Part shown: piece by piece, positions 18,633 to 27,984 of the stretch
Layout: each line of letters starts with the position of its first letter
Numbering within the stretch: the stretch's first letter is position 1
NCBI GenBank assembly: GCA_964639285.1
Contig: CAZXCI010000001.1
Coordinates: 219,757-283,756, forward strand
DNA: 64,000 nucleotides
Direction of reading: 5' to 3'
From: an uncultured Candidatus Saccharibacteria bacterium
GTDB taxonomy: Bacteria; Patescibacteriota; Minisyncoccia; Phycocordibacterales; XYD1-FULL-46-19
Notes under the pieces: model-generated
Seen by the model: the letters and a program-made list of their open reading frames with translations, nothing else
The model's database searches: none
Told to the model about the DNA's origin: nothing
Made by a program: the position numbers and the translations under genes

Positions 18633-18854
18633 TTAGAAGCGTTTGACTATCCTACCTCTTCCGCCGTAGTCGTCGAGAACGAGCTCCACTTTATCACCCA
18701 CGAGGACGCGGATTCTGTGGATTCGCATTCTACCAGCAAGATAAGCTAGTACTTCTTCTCCAGTACCAATATTGACCCTAAATTGGGTGTTGGGTAAAGC
18801 CTCGGTAACTATACCGCTAATCGTTTCTTTTTTTTCAGCTTTATCCATTGCCAA
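18633..18854 (-). CDS. infA: Translation initiation factor IF-1
   Basis: S1-like fold, 73 aa, GIVTEALPNTQFRV... Confidence 0.85.
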   Translation of the reverse strand: MAMDKAEKKETISGIVTEALPNTQFRVNIGTGEEVLAYLAGRMRIHRIRVLVGDKVELVLDDYGGRGRIVKRF

Positions 18855-18937
18855 ATCTGACCTGTTTATCCTAGCAAATTAACTGGGTATAAGTCAACCC
18901 CCGTAAGGTCCGTTTGTAAAGGGTCAAGGGGTGAGTC

Positions 18938-20233
18938 TTATGGTTGAGTAATATTGGTTTCGACTTTTATCTTAGATTCGTCGGAAGGGACCGTTCTTAT
19001 CCATGGTGGCGAGAAGACGACGGTGGCCATTTGGATGGTAGGGAAATTTTTGTCAAAAACGTCTTTGTAATTTTTACTAGTGGCCAAACGAAGCTTATTT
19101 TTCAAGCTTTTTTCGTCAAAGGACCAAACCAGGTGGCCATTGCCCTCAAGCTTAAAGCTGATCTTTTCTAGGTTGCTGATATTCAAATTATCTCTATTTT
19201 GTAAGGTAAATTTAAGTTCTTGCCAGTTGGTGATGGAAACGGGCTCATCTTCGTAGTCTGGAACCTGCTGAGCGGCAAGATATTTGCTGAGTTCCTCCTT
19301 GTTGAAGAGAATTCCCGTGGCATTAACCGACATTTTGAAAGTTGCTTTGTCTGGTGCTTCCGGGGTCGGGAGGATACTTTGAGTAAAATTGGTGATTATT
19401 CCATCGTCAAAGAGAAGATAGTCTTCAGGAATCTGGGGCTTAAGTTTCTGAGCAATCTTTGTCATCAAGATTTTCTTCAATTCTGTCTCAGCTTTAGCTT
19501 TATCTACTTCTGACACCTTACCCCTCTCACCAATGAAACCTCCGGTCATGGCAGTTTTAGACTTGGCATAAATACTAGTGGCCTTGTCTGTTCCCTTGAA
19601 ACCAGGAATACTAAAATCTGAGAGCCCAATATTGTAATTATCTCCTGCTTTATCAGCAACGACCGTTACTTCTAATTGGCCAGGAACATCTTTACCGCTA
19701 GCGTCCTTAGACATCCCGGGAATAGAAATAGCGGTTGGTGTTCGAAAAATTAAACCTTCGGCCGTTTGAAACCTTGTGGTTGCTACAAGATTTTGGACCT
19801 TGGAGCTGTAATTATTATAGACAATTATTTGACCACGAGCTTTTTCTTGGACATTTTCTTTGCCGGTTGTTGTGACAGATAGGGTTGCCTCATCTTGAAG
19901 GTTAGAAGCTAGAACAAACTTAAGACCAGTTTGACCACCTTGAGTGGCCTCATAAGTGTTACTAATTAATAAGCGACCCTGTTTGGGGGTAACCTTAACG
20001 GTGACATGAGCAAACTGACTACTTAAGCCGTAACCAATACCACCAAGGACAAGTAAACAAACTAATCCAAGAGCGATTTTGCTCCTCCAGCTTTTTAACA
20101 TTGATTTATTGTTTATATCCATATTTCTATTTGGTTGGTAATAATTAGTAACGATCTCCTCGTGTTGCTCTTCATGATTAGACTCTGGGAAGATATCTCG
20201 CAAACTTCTTTTTGTTTTATTGATGTCTTGCAT
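18938..20233 (-). CDS. Hypothetical membrane-anchored protein (one N-terminal transmembrane helix, extracytoplasmic domain)
   Basis: ORF; transmembrane helix IALGLVCLLVLGGIGYGL. Confidence 0.45.
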   Translation of the reverse strand: MQDINKTKRSLRDIFPESNHEEQHEEIVTNYYQPNRNMDINNKSMLKSWRSKIALGLVCLLVLGGIGYGLSSQFAHVTVKVTPKQGRLLISNTYEATQGGQTGLKFVLASNLQDEATLSVTTTGKENVQEKARGQIIVYNNYSSKVQNLVATTRFQTAEGLIFRTPTAISIPGMSKDASGKDVPGQLEVTVVADKAGDNYNIGLSDFSIPGFKGTDKATSIYAKSKTAMTGGFIGERGKVSEVDKAKAETELKKILMTKIAQKLKPQIPEDYLLFDDGIITNFTQSILPTPEAPDKATFKMSVNATGILFNKEELSKYLAAQQVPDYEDEPVSITNWQELKFTLQNRDNLNISNLEKISFKLEGNGHLVWSFDEKSLKNKLRLATSKNYKDVFDKNFPTIQMATVVFSPPWIRTVPSDESKIKVETNITQP

Positions 20234-20266
20234 AATAAAAAATTAAGCTTACAAAGTTAATTGTCC

Positions 20267-21418
20267 TTATTTAAGCTTAGCACAGAAAAGGGCCTCCGCC
20301 AATAACCAGCTGTTGGTAAGTATCTGGGCCTTCCCCGTGAGGTGGGCGAGGCCACTGGCCAGGAGTTTTTCAACAAAAATAGTATCTAATTTGTGGTTGC
20401 TGAGGGTAACATCGCTAAGTTCTGCCTGATTTATAAAATTGACAAAGAGACTGTCAGTCGGGTCATCGCTAATAAGATAAACGGTCTCTGGCAGAAAAGT
20501 TGTGGTAAGGGCTGAAGTAAGAGTTTGTTTGAAATCTGCTTGCCAGAGCTCTTCCACCTTCCCCATCACTGAATTTAGTCTATTTTTAAGTTGTTGGTTG
20601 GCTTGGCCAGAAGTCAGGAGATTAAGCGAAGTCTCCGCTTCAGCCGGTATTGTTCCTAACTCCTTTGCCAGACTACGAACTAGGAAATTCTTGCCTTTAG
20701 GGAAGGAAAAATGTTCAGCGAGGATATTATCCTTGATAATTAAAATGTCAGTGATTTCGTTGCCAACATCAAGCAGGATAAAATCTTTTTCGGGCAGAAA
20801 ATCTTTAAAAATATCGTAGGTAGCAAAAGAAAAGGTGCTAAAAATCACCGGTGCTTTGGCGTACTCGGCGCGCATCAGGTCGCGCAAATTAACAAGCAAA
20901 TCTTTGTCGGCCCAACTTAAGAAACGGTTTAAGACCACTTCCTGGGCTCTTTGTCCGACTGGCCAAGTGGTGACATAGCCGTCGAGTTTTGTCTGCATCA
21001 CTTTATCTTCAAGGATAACAATATCTTCGCCCAATTTTGTCTCCTTGTCGGCCTGTTTGACAAGATCGGCCAGATAAGCCTTGGTGATCTTTGTCGAGCT
21101 GGGATTATCTGCCCGAACAACCTTTGTCTGGGACTGGAAAAATGGCGAGGAGAGGAAGATAAAAATTTTTTCTGGTTCATTAGTTCCTGCTTTGGCCCGT
21201 AATTCTTTGAGTAAAGTTTGGATAGCGAGTTTGGTCTGCTCCCAAAAATGGTTAAATTCGGGCAGATCATGGTAAGAAATCTTCTCGTCTGATTCGGCCA
21301 AAACACTCACGACTTCTCGATCTTGCTGTTTGATAATTGCTCCACTCACACGAGCACTACCAATATCAATAACGCTAACAATCCGACCCTCATCCTTTTT
21401 CGCAGAAGAGAAAAACAT
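20267..21418 (-). CDS. Actin-like ATPase-fold protein (FtsA/PilM-like), hypothetical
   Basis: N-terminal RIVSVIDIGSARVSGAII resembles the phosphate-1 motif of the actin/Hsp70 fold. Confidence 0.4.
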   Translation of the reverse strand: MFFSSAKKDEGRIVSVIDIGSARVSGAIIKQQDREVVSVLAESDEKISYHDLPEFNHFWEQTKLAIQTLLKELRAKAGTNEPEKIFIFLSSPFFQSQTKVVRADNPSSTKITKAYLADLVKQADKETKLGEDIVILEDKVMQTKLDGYVTTWPVGQRAQEVVLNRFLSWADKDLLVNLRDLMRAEYAKAPVIFSTFSFATYDIFKDFLPEKDFILLDVGNEITDILIIKDNILAEHFSFPKGKNFLVRSLAKELGTIPAEAETSLNLLTSGQANQQLKNRLNSVMGKVEELWQADFKQTLTSALTTTFLPETVYLISDDPTDSLFVNFINQAELSDVTLSNHKLDTIFVEKLLASGLAHLTGKAQILTNSWLLAEALFCAKLK

Positions 21419-21563
21419 TGGTTATATTATAACAGTAATCAAAGAGAAGTGTTAAGAAATAAGTGGAAAAATAAATTAATCTGGGGATAAAAAGATGGCA
21501 TTGAAGTCCAAGGGCAATCCTCGGATGATCCTTTCGTCACCAGCCTTATTATGGTAAAATAAA

Positions 21564-21755
21564 ATGATGATGAAGAAAACTTTAAAGATAACTATCGTTG
21601 TATCAATACTAATTTTGGTATCCTTTGGAGTTTATCTTGTTTATTTTTTGTTACAACCATTATCAAACCCAGAGAGATTTAGGACTGATCGAGATTGGTG
21701 GAGATATTTGCAAGTTTCCACACTCACAAGACAAGAACTAACTGATAAAAAGTAA
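21564..21755 (+). CDS. Small membrane protein, 63 aa
   Basis: ORF with a hydrophobic helix. Confidence 0.3.
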   Translation: MMMKKTLKITIVVSILILVSFGVYLVYFLLQPLSNPERFRTDRDWWRYLQVSTLTRQELTDKK

Positions 21756-21761
21756 AATTTC

Positions 21762-21806
21762 AAAAACTTAACATTCATGACGGTCGTCAATGATGTTAAG
21801 TTTTTG
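21762..21806. terminator. Bidirectional terminator hairpin (aaaacttaacat...atgttaagtttt) between convergent small genes
   Basis: 12-bp stem flanked by A-runs and T-runs. Confidence 0.55.
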
Positions 21807-21808
21807 GG

Positions 21809-22075
21809 TTACTTAAAGAAATTATTTAGCCACCATTTCTTGAAAAGTGGGATTGTCAGGGTAGATAAAACAAAACCAAGAGTTGGGACAACCGCGTTGA
21901 CAAAAGGCTCGGGTAGGTTGGCGAAGAAGAAAAAGATGACGACAACGAGATAGGTTAAAATTAAAATAAGAAATTTTCTTGCCCAACTTGTCTCCCAGGC
22001 TTTATCCGCTTCGACGCGCTTGTTACGTTCTTTAATCTTTTCTATTTCCTGTTGTAATTCTTCAACTGTGGACAT
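21809..22075 (-). CDS. Small membrane protein, 88 aa
   Basis: ORF with a hydrophobic core. Confidence 0.4.
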   Translation of the reverse strand: MSTVEELQQEIEKIKERNKRVEADKAWETSWARKFLILILTYLVVVIFFFFANLPEPFVNAVVPTLGFVLSTLTIPLFKKWWLNNFFK

Positions 22076-22076
22076 T

Positions 22077-22664
22077 TTATTTTTTCTGGAGTTCTTTTAC
22101 CGCGATATGCCAAATACCATTGTCGTCCTCGATTGTTCCAATATCAGTGAGTCCATTTTTTTCGATGTTGGCCCTTAGAGATCGTTTGTTTTCGTCGTTA
22201 ATTTCGCCTATACCAATTTCATATTTGAGGCCCAGTTTTTTAGTAAGGGTCTCATAAAGTGCTGGCAAAATTGTTTGCCCTCGAAAGTTCTTATCGATAC
22301 AAATTTGTGCGAGAACAGCAAATTTATATTGAGCGATAGGTTTGCCTTTAAATTCTAGCGCTTCTACTGAAGATAATAATTTGTCAAAAAAACCACTTTC
22401 TTTAGCTTGTTCGGGTGACATTGGCATATAATAACCGACGATTTTCCCCTTCGATCTTGCGATCGGCAATCCTTCATTGGTAATAATTTTTGCAAGAAGT
22501 TCTGGTGATGTTTCCATCATTATAAAACCGCCAGATTCTTTTTCTTTGGGAGTTAGATTCTTGTCCAAATTCCTTTCCTGAAGAGCCAAGATTTGGTCAA
22601 TATCTTCTATCGTTGCGAGTCTGATTTCAGTTTCCTGTTCGATTTTTGGATTTGTCTCTTCCAT
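22077..22664 (-). CDS. GNAT-like N-acetyltransferase (start corrected to the Met just after the alaS stop; 195 aa)
   Basis: MEETNPKIEQETEIRLATIEDIDQILALQ... resembles a GNAT N-terminus; the upstream part of the track ORF overlaps alaS. Confidence 0.45.
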   Translation of the reverse strand: MEETNPKIEQETEIRLATIEDIDQILALQERNLDKNLTPKEKESGGFIMMETSPELLAKIITNEGLPIARSKGKIVGYYMPMSPEQAKESGFFDKLLSSVEALEFKGKPIAQYKFAVLAQICIDKNFRGQTILPALYETLTKKLGLKYEIGIGEINDENKRSLRANIEKNGLTDIGTIEDDNGIWHIAVKELQKK

Positions 22665-22665
22665 C

Positions 22666-24570
22666 TTATTCCAAAACTGCTTTAATTCGGCGGACGCCGG
22701 CGGAGATGGCTTCTTCTTTAGTAATTTTGAATTTGGCCACTTGCGCTGAGCCGATTGAAGCGAGGATGCCAGTATTCTCAACGTGAGGGCCACCACAGAA
22801 TTCTGTGGAGAAAGCTTGCCCGGCTGGGTCAGACGGGTCGTTAATTTTATACACCTTAACTGTCTCGCCATATTTAGATTCATCGAAAGATAGAACAGTA
22901 ACAATTTTTTTCGCCTCGTCTTTCGATAATTCGAGCATCTCAACGGGAATTTTCTCTTCAATTTTCTGATTTACTAAATCTTCAACAGCTTTTATCTGTT
23001 CGGGAGTTAATTTCTCGGGCCAATTGAAGTCGAAGCGCAAACGTTCACTGGTGATGTTACTCCCCTTCTGGACGATATCGGCGCCCAAAACTTTTCTAAG
23101 CGAAGCAAGAAGTAGGTGGGTAGCGGTATGATACTTGATCTCCATTTCTCCCGTCCCGGCTAATCCCCCTTTGAATTTTTGCTCTGATCCGGCTTTAGAA
23201 ATGACTTGATGTTTGCTCATTTGTTCGTCGAATTTTTGGCGGTCGATAATTATCCCCTTTTCTTTAGCCAATTCTTCAGTCAGTTCGATGGGAAAACCGA
23301 AGGTTTGATAGAGGTCAAAGGGGTCTTGATTTTTCTCAAACTCTTTGAGGCCTTTCTCGAGAGTCTGCTTGAACTTATTTTCTTCTTTTTCTAACTCGGC
23401 AAAAATTTTCTCTCGATTTTCCTCTAATTCGGGATAAACTTTCTTATATTTCTTGATAACGATCTCGGCTAATTGAGTGATCAGATTTTCGGCCGATTGC
23501 ATTTGGTTGGCGTGACGGACAAGTCGGCGAATAATTCGTCTCAAGATGTAGCCACGATCGGTATTGGAGGGAGTCACCCCATCGGCAATCATGAAGACGG
23601 CCGTTCGCACATGGTCGGCGACAATGCGCTCACTTTTCTCTGTTGGTTTGGCCGAAGTTTGCCTAATTTTGTCTAAAATCGGAAGAAAGAGATCAGTCTC
23701 GAAGACATTATCTTTGCCATTGACCACGGCGGTTGTCCTTTCCACCCCCATGCCGGTGTCCACATTCTTCGCTGAGAGAGGTTCATAACGGCCTTCAGGC
23801 GTCTTGTTGAACTCCATGAAGACATTGTTCCAAACCTCGATTAGACGGAAGGAATCTACTAAATCGCTAAATTTGCCTTCAAGACCTGCCCGTACGCCTG
23901 CGCTGTCCGGATCAACCCGTCCGGCTACTCCATCCGGGTAAACATCATAAAAAATTTCGGTATCACTCCCACAAGGTCCTGAGTTGCCAGCAATCCAGAA
24001 ATTATCGTCCACACCAAGAGGAATAATTCTCACACCGTCTCTCAACATTTCATCGTCGCCAGCTACATCGTTGGAGAGGCCGTATTTAGCAAAAACTTCT
24101 TGCCAGATTTTTATCGATTCTTCGTCGCGAGGAATACTTGCTCCGCCATTGGCAGGTAAACCTTTAAAAACGGTCACGTAGAATCTAGCTGGATCAAGCC
24201 CAAGACCATAATCTTTGTTGGTTAGAAAATCAAAACTCCAAGGGATAGATTCGGCTTTAAAATAGTCGCCAAGCGACCAATTGCCAAGCATCTCGAAGAA
24301 AGTATTGTGACGGTTGTCACCGACATCATCAATGTCGCTGGTGCGGACACATTTTTGCACATCAGCAATCCTTTGGCCTCTGGGGTGGGCTTGACCGAGA
24401 AGATAAGGAATCATTGGTTGCATCCCCGCTGTCGTGAAGAGGGTGCCTTCGTCGCCGTAAGTGCTTGGGATCAGTGAAGCTGAGGGTACAATTCTGTGTC
24501 CCTTTTTCTCAAAAAAATCTAGGAATTTCTGGCGGATTTCTTCAGAAGTCATTGCCTCTAATCTTACCAA
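22666..24570 (-). CDS. alaS: Alanyl-tRNA synthetase, short form lacking the C-terminal C-Ala/DHHA1 domain
   Basis: DEGTLFTTAGMQPMIPYLLG catalytic core plus HTATHLL editing-domain motif; 634 aa. Confidence 0.85.
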   Translation of the reverse strand: MVRLEAMTSEEIRQKFLDFFEKKGHRIVPSASLIPSTYGDEGTLFTTAGMQPMIPYLLGQAHPRGQRIADVQKCVRTSDIDDVGDNRHNTFFEMLGNWSLGDYFKAESIPWSFDFLTNKDYGLGLDPARFYVTVFKGLPANGGASIPRDEESIKIWQEVFAKYGLSNDVAGDDEMLRDGVRIIPLGVDDNFWIAGNSGPCGSDTEIFYDVYPDGVAGRVDPDSAGVRAGLEGKFSDLVDSFRLIEVWNNVFMEFNKTPEGRYEPLSAKNVDTGMGVERTTAVVNGKDNVFETDLFLPILDKIRQTSAKPTEKSERIVADHVRTAVFMIADGVTPSNTDRGYILRRIIRRLVRHANQMQSAENLITQLAEIVIKKYKKVYPELEENREKIFAELEKEENKFKQTLEKGLKEFEKNQDPFDLYQTFGFPIELTEELAKEKGIIIDRQKFDEQMSKHQVISKAGSEQKFKGGLAGTGEMEIKYHTATHLLLASLRKVLGADIVQKGSNITSERLRFDFNWPEKLTPEQIKAVEDLVNQKIEEKIPVEMLELSKDEAKKIVTVLSFDESKYGETVKVYKINDPSDPAGQAFSTEFCGGPHVENTGILASIGSAQVAKFKITKEEAISAGVRRIKAVLE

Positions 24571-24599
24571 AAAAGTCCCGAAAATAAAAATTTTTATTT

Positions 24600-25754
24600 T
24601 TAGGCAATCACTCCTCCACCAAGGCAGATATCTTTGTCGTAGAGGACAAGTGATTGACCGGGGACAGCCAATTGGGGCTTCTCGAAAATGATTTGGGCTG
24701 TTCCCTTTTTACTATCGATATTTTTAATCCGGCATTTCTGGAGAGGTTGGCGATAGCGAACCCTAGATTCTAGCTGGCAGCTTTTACCTGCCTGCGCAGG
24801 CAGGGCTGGCAGCTTAAGAGGGTCAGAAATCCAATTGGTTTTTTCTAGCTGAACTTCTAATCTCTCGGCTCTTATCGAATAAGGTTTATCTGAGACAGTA
24901 AGTGTATTCTTTTTCACATCTTTGGCAATAATATAATAAGGCTTCTCATCTGGGGATTTGGTTGTGATTTCGAAGCCATGGCGTTCTCCCAGGGTGAAGA
25001 AGGTTGCGCCATCATGACAGCCAATAACTTTTCCTTGTTCGTCTAAGATGTTTCCTTTTTTTTCTTTTATCTCACGTTTAAGAAAATCTTTAAAATCAAT
25101 CTCACCGACGAAACAGAGTCCTTGGCTATCTTTCTTCAGAGCGGTAGGTAAATTAAATTTTTTCGCTAAAGCGCGGACTTCTGGCTTAGTATATTTACCG
25201 ATAGGAAACAAGATTTTAGGCAATTGTTCAGACTTGAGGTTCCAGAGAAAATAAGTTTGGTCTTTGTTTAGATCTTTTGAAACTTTTAAAACAAGCCCCT
25301 TTCGAGGTGAGACCTCGGGCTCACTTGAGGACTCACCTCGGGAAACCGGTACTTGAGAAATTTGTGAGTAATGCCCCGTCGCAACAAAGTCGGCGCCGTG
25401 GGTCATGGCCCAATCATAGAAGACGCCGAATTTGATGTGTTTGTTGCACATTACATCGGGGTTGGGAGTTCGTCCAGCTTTATATTCAGCGATAAAATAA
25501 TCAACTACTCTCTTCTTGTATTCTCGACTCAAATCTAAAGTTAGGAGGGGGATATCAAGATGAGCTGCAACTCGCCTGGCCCAGCGACGTTCCTCTCTCC
25601 AGCTACAAAAGTCGGCGGATTTACCCTGAGCAAAGTTGAAGGGCTCCCACACCCTAATAAAAACGCCGACAACATCATAACCCGCCTTCTTCAACAAAGC
25701 AGCCGAAACCGAGCTATCGACCCCTCCGCTCATTCCAACAAAAACTTTTTTCAT
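24600..25754 (-). CDS. mnmA: tRNA-specific 2-thiouridylase MnmA
   Basis: PP-loop SGGVDSSV; carries two short GC-rich in-frame insertions (see findings). Confidence 0.85.
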   Translation of the reverse strand: MKKVFVGMSGGVDSSVSAALLKKAGYDVVGVFIRVWEPFNFAQGKSADFCSWREERRWARRVAAHLDIPLLTLDLSREYKKRVVDYFIAEYKAGRTPNPDVMCNKHIKFGVFYDWAMTHGADFVATGHYSQISQVPVSRGESSSEPEVSPRKGLVLKVSKDLNKDQTYFLWNLKSEQLPKILFPIGKYTKPEVRALAKKFNLPTALKKDSQGLCFVGEIDFKDFLKREIKEKKGNILDEQGKVIGCHDGATFFTLGERHGFEITTKSPDEKPYYIIAKDVKKNTLTVSDKPYSIRAERLEVQLEKTNWISDPLKLPALPAQAGKSCQLESRVRYRQPLQKCRIKNIDSKKGTAQIIFEKPQLAVPGQSLVLYDKDICLGGGVIA

Positions 25755-26743
25755 TAATCCAAATATAGACGACGGTTCTTCTTGTGTCCAGCAAAGTCTT
25801 CGGCGTAATACATTTTGCCGTCTCGGCCAGTTAGGTAATAAAGATAGGGAGAAAAGGTTGGATTAATTGCTGCTTCGATTGAGGCGAGGCCCGGGTTAGC
25901 GATCGGCGTTGGCGGGAGCCCCTTGTTGGTGTAGGTATTATAAGGCGAATCCTTTTTCATTTCGGCCTTAGTAATAGTATAAGTATTTTTATTAGTAAAA
26001 TATTCGAAGGTGGCATCAACTTGCAGAGGCATGTCAATGGAAATCCGCTTCCAGAGTATCCCGGAGACAAGTCGCCGGTCCTCATCTGTTTTTGTTTCTC
26101 TCTCGATAAGAGAGGCCATCGTGAGAATTTGATCGAGAGTTTTGCCAGAGAAAACAATCGCTAGTTTGAGCGATGAGATTTGGTCGTTAAAATTCTGATT
26201 CATCTCATAGATAACATCATCAACGGTATCATAAGGTGAGAAAAAATAGGTATCAGGAAAAAGTCGCCCTTCAAGATTATCTGTTTTTTCTAAAAATTCT
26301 TTCTTAGAAAATTCGGGGAATTTCTTAACTAGAGCCGTAGCAATTTTTTGATTAGACATTCCTTCGTAGACAGTTACAGAAACCGGCTTATAGCCCAAGA
26401 AACGATTAGTCAGTTTAAGAGCAATATTCAGAGCCGAGACTGGTTGTTTAAAGAAATAAGTTCCAATTTGCATTCTTTTTTCTCCTCCCAGAAAGATAAC
26501 GAAGATTTTGAAGGCAGTTTTTGATTGAATGAATCCCTTTTCCTTAAGCTCTGTTGCAATTTGCGAAACGGATTTGCCTCGATCGACATGATAGAACGGG
26601 CTTGTTGGAAAATTGGCAGGGGGAAAGACAATCTTAACCACCCCGACAAAAATCAAGACAAAAATCAAAGCGAGGACAATAATTTTCCAGGGTTTGTTGT
26701 ATAGCATAAATAATTTAGATAGGCAGGTTCGCTGGTGGTTCAC
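25754..26743 (-). CDS. mltG: Endolytic murein transglycosylase MltG/YceG family
   Basis: N-terminal transmembrane helix; GLPPTPIANPG...SPYLYYL signature. Confidence 0.75.
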   Translation of the reverse strand: MNHQRTCLSKLFMLYNKPWKIIVLALIFVLIFVGVVKIVFPPANFPTSPFYHVDRGKSVSQIATELKEKGFIQSKTAFKIFVIFLGGEKRMQIGTYFFKQPVSALNIALKLTNRFLGYKPVSVTVYEGMSNQKIATALVKKFPEFSKKEFLEKTDNLEGRLFPDTYFFSPYDTVDDVIYEMNQNFNDQISSLKLAIVFSGKTLDQILTMASLIERETKTDEDRRLVSGILWKRISIDMPLQVDATFEYFTNKNTYTITKAEMKKDSPYNTYTNKGLPPTPIANPGLASIEAAINPTFSPYLYYLTGRDGKMYYAEDFAGHKKNRRLYLD

Positions 26744-27959
26744 CTCGCTTAGATTGGATACGGTCGAGGCTTGGGGTGGTGGCTACTTGGCCAGGGAAGT
26801 GGAAAATTGTCGCCAGCTCTTCTGTCGTAAGAGTCATCGGTTTACGACTAGCTGGTGGATAAAAGAACGATCGGTTGCGATAATATTTAAAATGATTAAG
26901 TTTTCTTCTTTTTGCCCGCCAACCAAAAGGATCTTCCCACGGGTTGTTAAAACCAGTTAGAGTGTTATCGAGTAAACTAAATCCATTTCTTCTTTCAGCG
27001 CTAAATTGTTTGAGACTTGCTATGATTCCAACGTTAACGGCTGGACGGATGCCCTCAGAAGAGGCATAGAGGATTCTCATGCCAACGTCGAAGGGTAATT
27101 TTTTGAGATTTCGCTCAACGGCTTCAATCATATCGCGTTCTCCAGGAGAGAGAACAGTTTTGATCCAGGCTGACGACATATCTTTAGCGTCAACGTCCCG
27201 ATTAAGCAACTTAGAGAGCTCAGCCTTAACCTCTTTCTGCCAAGAGACAAGTTCGCCCTTTTTGTCTGTAAAGCGTTTTTTCCCACCCATAATCATGATT
27301 TGAATCCAAACCTGCTCCGTTGGCTTAATGGTCGAGAGGAACTCGAGAAGTGGTGTCATCGGATCGATCTTGAACTCTTCTTTTGGATCTTTATCTAACT
27401 CGTAATCGATATAAGTACGGATCGGATAAACTTCTGGTTCGCTCAATTTAAGGTCACGTCCGGCAATATCCCAAGCCGAACCCGGTTGGCCATAAGTGAC
27501 CTCTTCAGTATAGTCACGGTCACACTTGATAATTTCTACTTCTGGGTATTGAGAATAGATACGGGATTCCACAAGGTTCTGGAAAAATTTAGGGATATAT
27601 AGGTAAAAATGGATTTTCCCCCCGATAGAAATGAGTTCGAGCGAGAACCAACCACGAACGACACCCCTAATATATTTATCCACTAGTTCACCCTCGTAAG
27701 TCTGATAGAAAACCTCAAGAAGAAGCTCCATTGCTCGAGGCGATTTGGTAATCTCTTTAGGAATTCGAACTTCGAGCAAGACCCATTCTTGTTCTTTAAC
27801 ATATTTTGATCGGATATAGAAAAGATAAGTTTGCCATAATAAAAAGGCTAAGAGGATCGGTGAGAAATAAACAAAGTATTTAAGACCCTCCAAAAAGATG
27901 GGGGCAGAAGCCCAAACGAAATTGTTGAAAACTTTAAAAGGCGTGAGAGCAGAGAGCAT
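26715..27959 (-). CDS. Hypothetical membrane protein, 414 aa
   Basis: ORF; N-terminal transmembrane helices. Confidence 0.45.
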   Translation of the reverse strand: MLSALTPFKVFNNFVWASAPIFLEGLKYFVYFSPILLAFLLWQTYLFYIRSKYVKEQEWVLLEVRIPKEITKSPRAMELLLEVFYQTYEGELVDKYIRGVVRGWFSLELISIGGKIHFYLYIPKFFQNLVESRIYSQYPEVEIIKCDRDYTEEVTYGQPGSAWDIAGRDLKLSEPEVYPIRTYIDYELDKDPKEEFKIDPMTPLLEFLSTIKPTEQVWIQIMIMGGKKRFTDKKGELVSWQKEVKAELSKLLNRDVDAKDMSSAWIKTVLSPGERDMIEAVERNLKKLPFDVGMRILYASSEGIRPAVNVGIIASLKQFSAERRNGFSLLDNTLTGFNNPWEDPFGWRAKRRKLNHFKYYRNRSFFYPPASRKPMTLTTEELATIFHFPGQVATTPSLDRIQSKRGEPPANLPI

Positions 27960-27984
27960 GCCTTAATTATAACCCAAGAGAGGT

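Noticed and set aside
22665-22961. N-terminal 99 residues of the track ORF 22077-22961
   Set aside because: They overlap the 3' end of alaS on the same strand in a different frame. A GNAT-like domain begins at the Met at 22664, directly after the alaS stop
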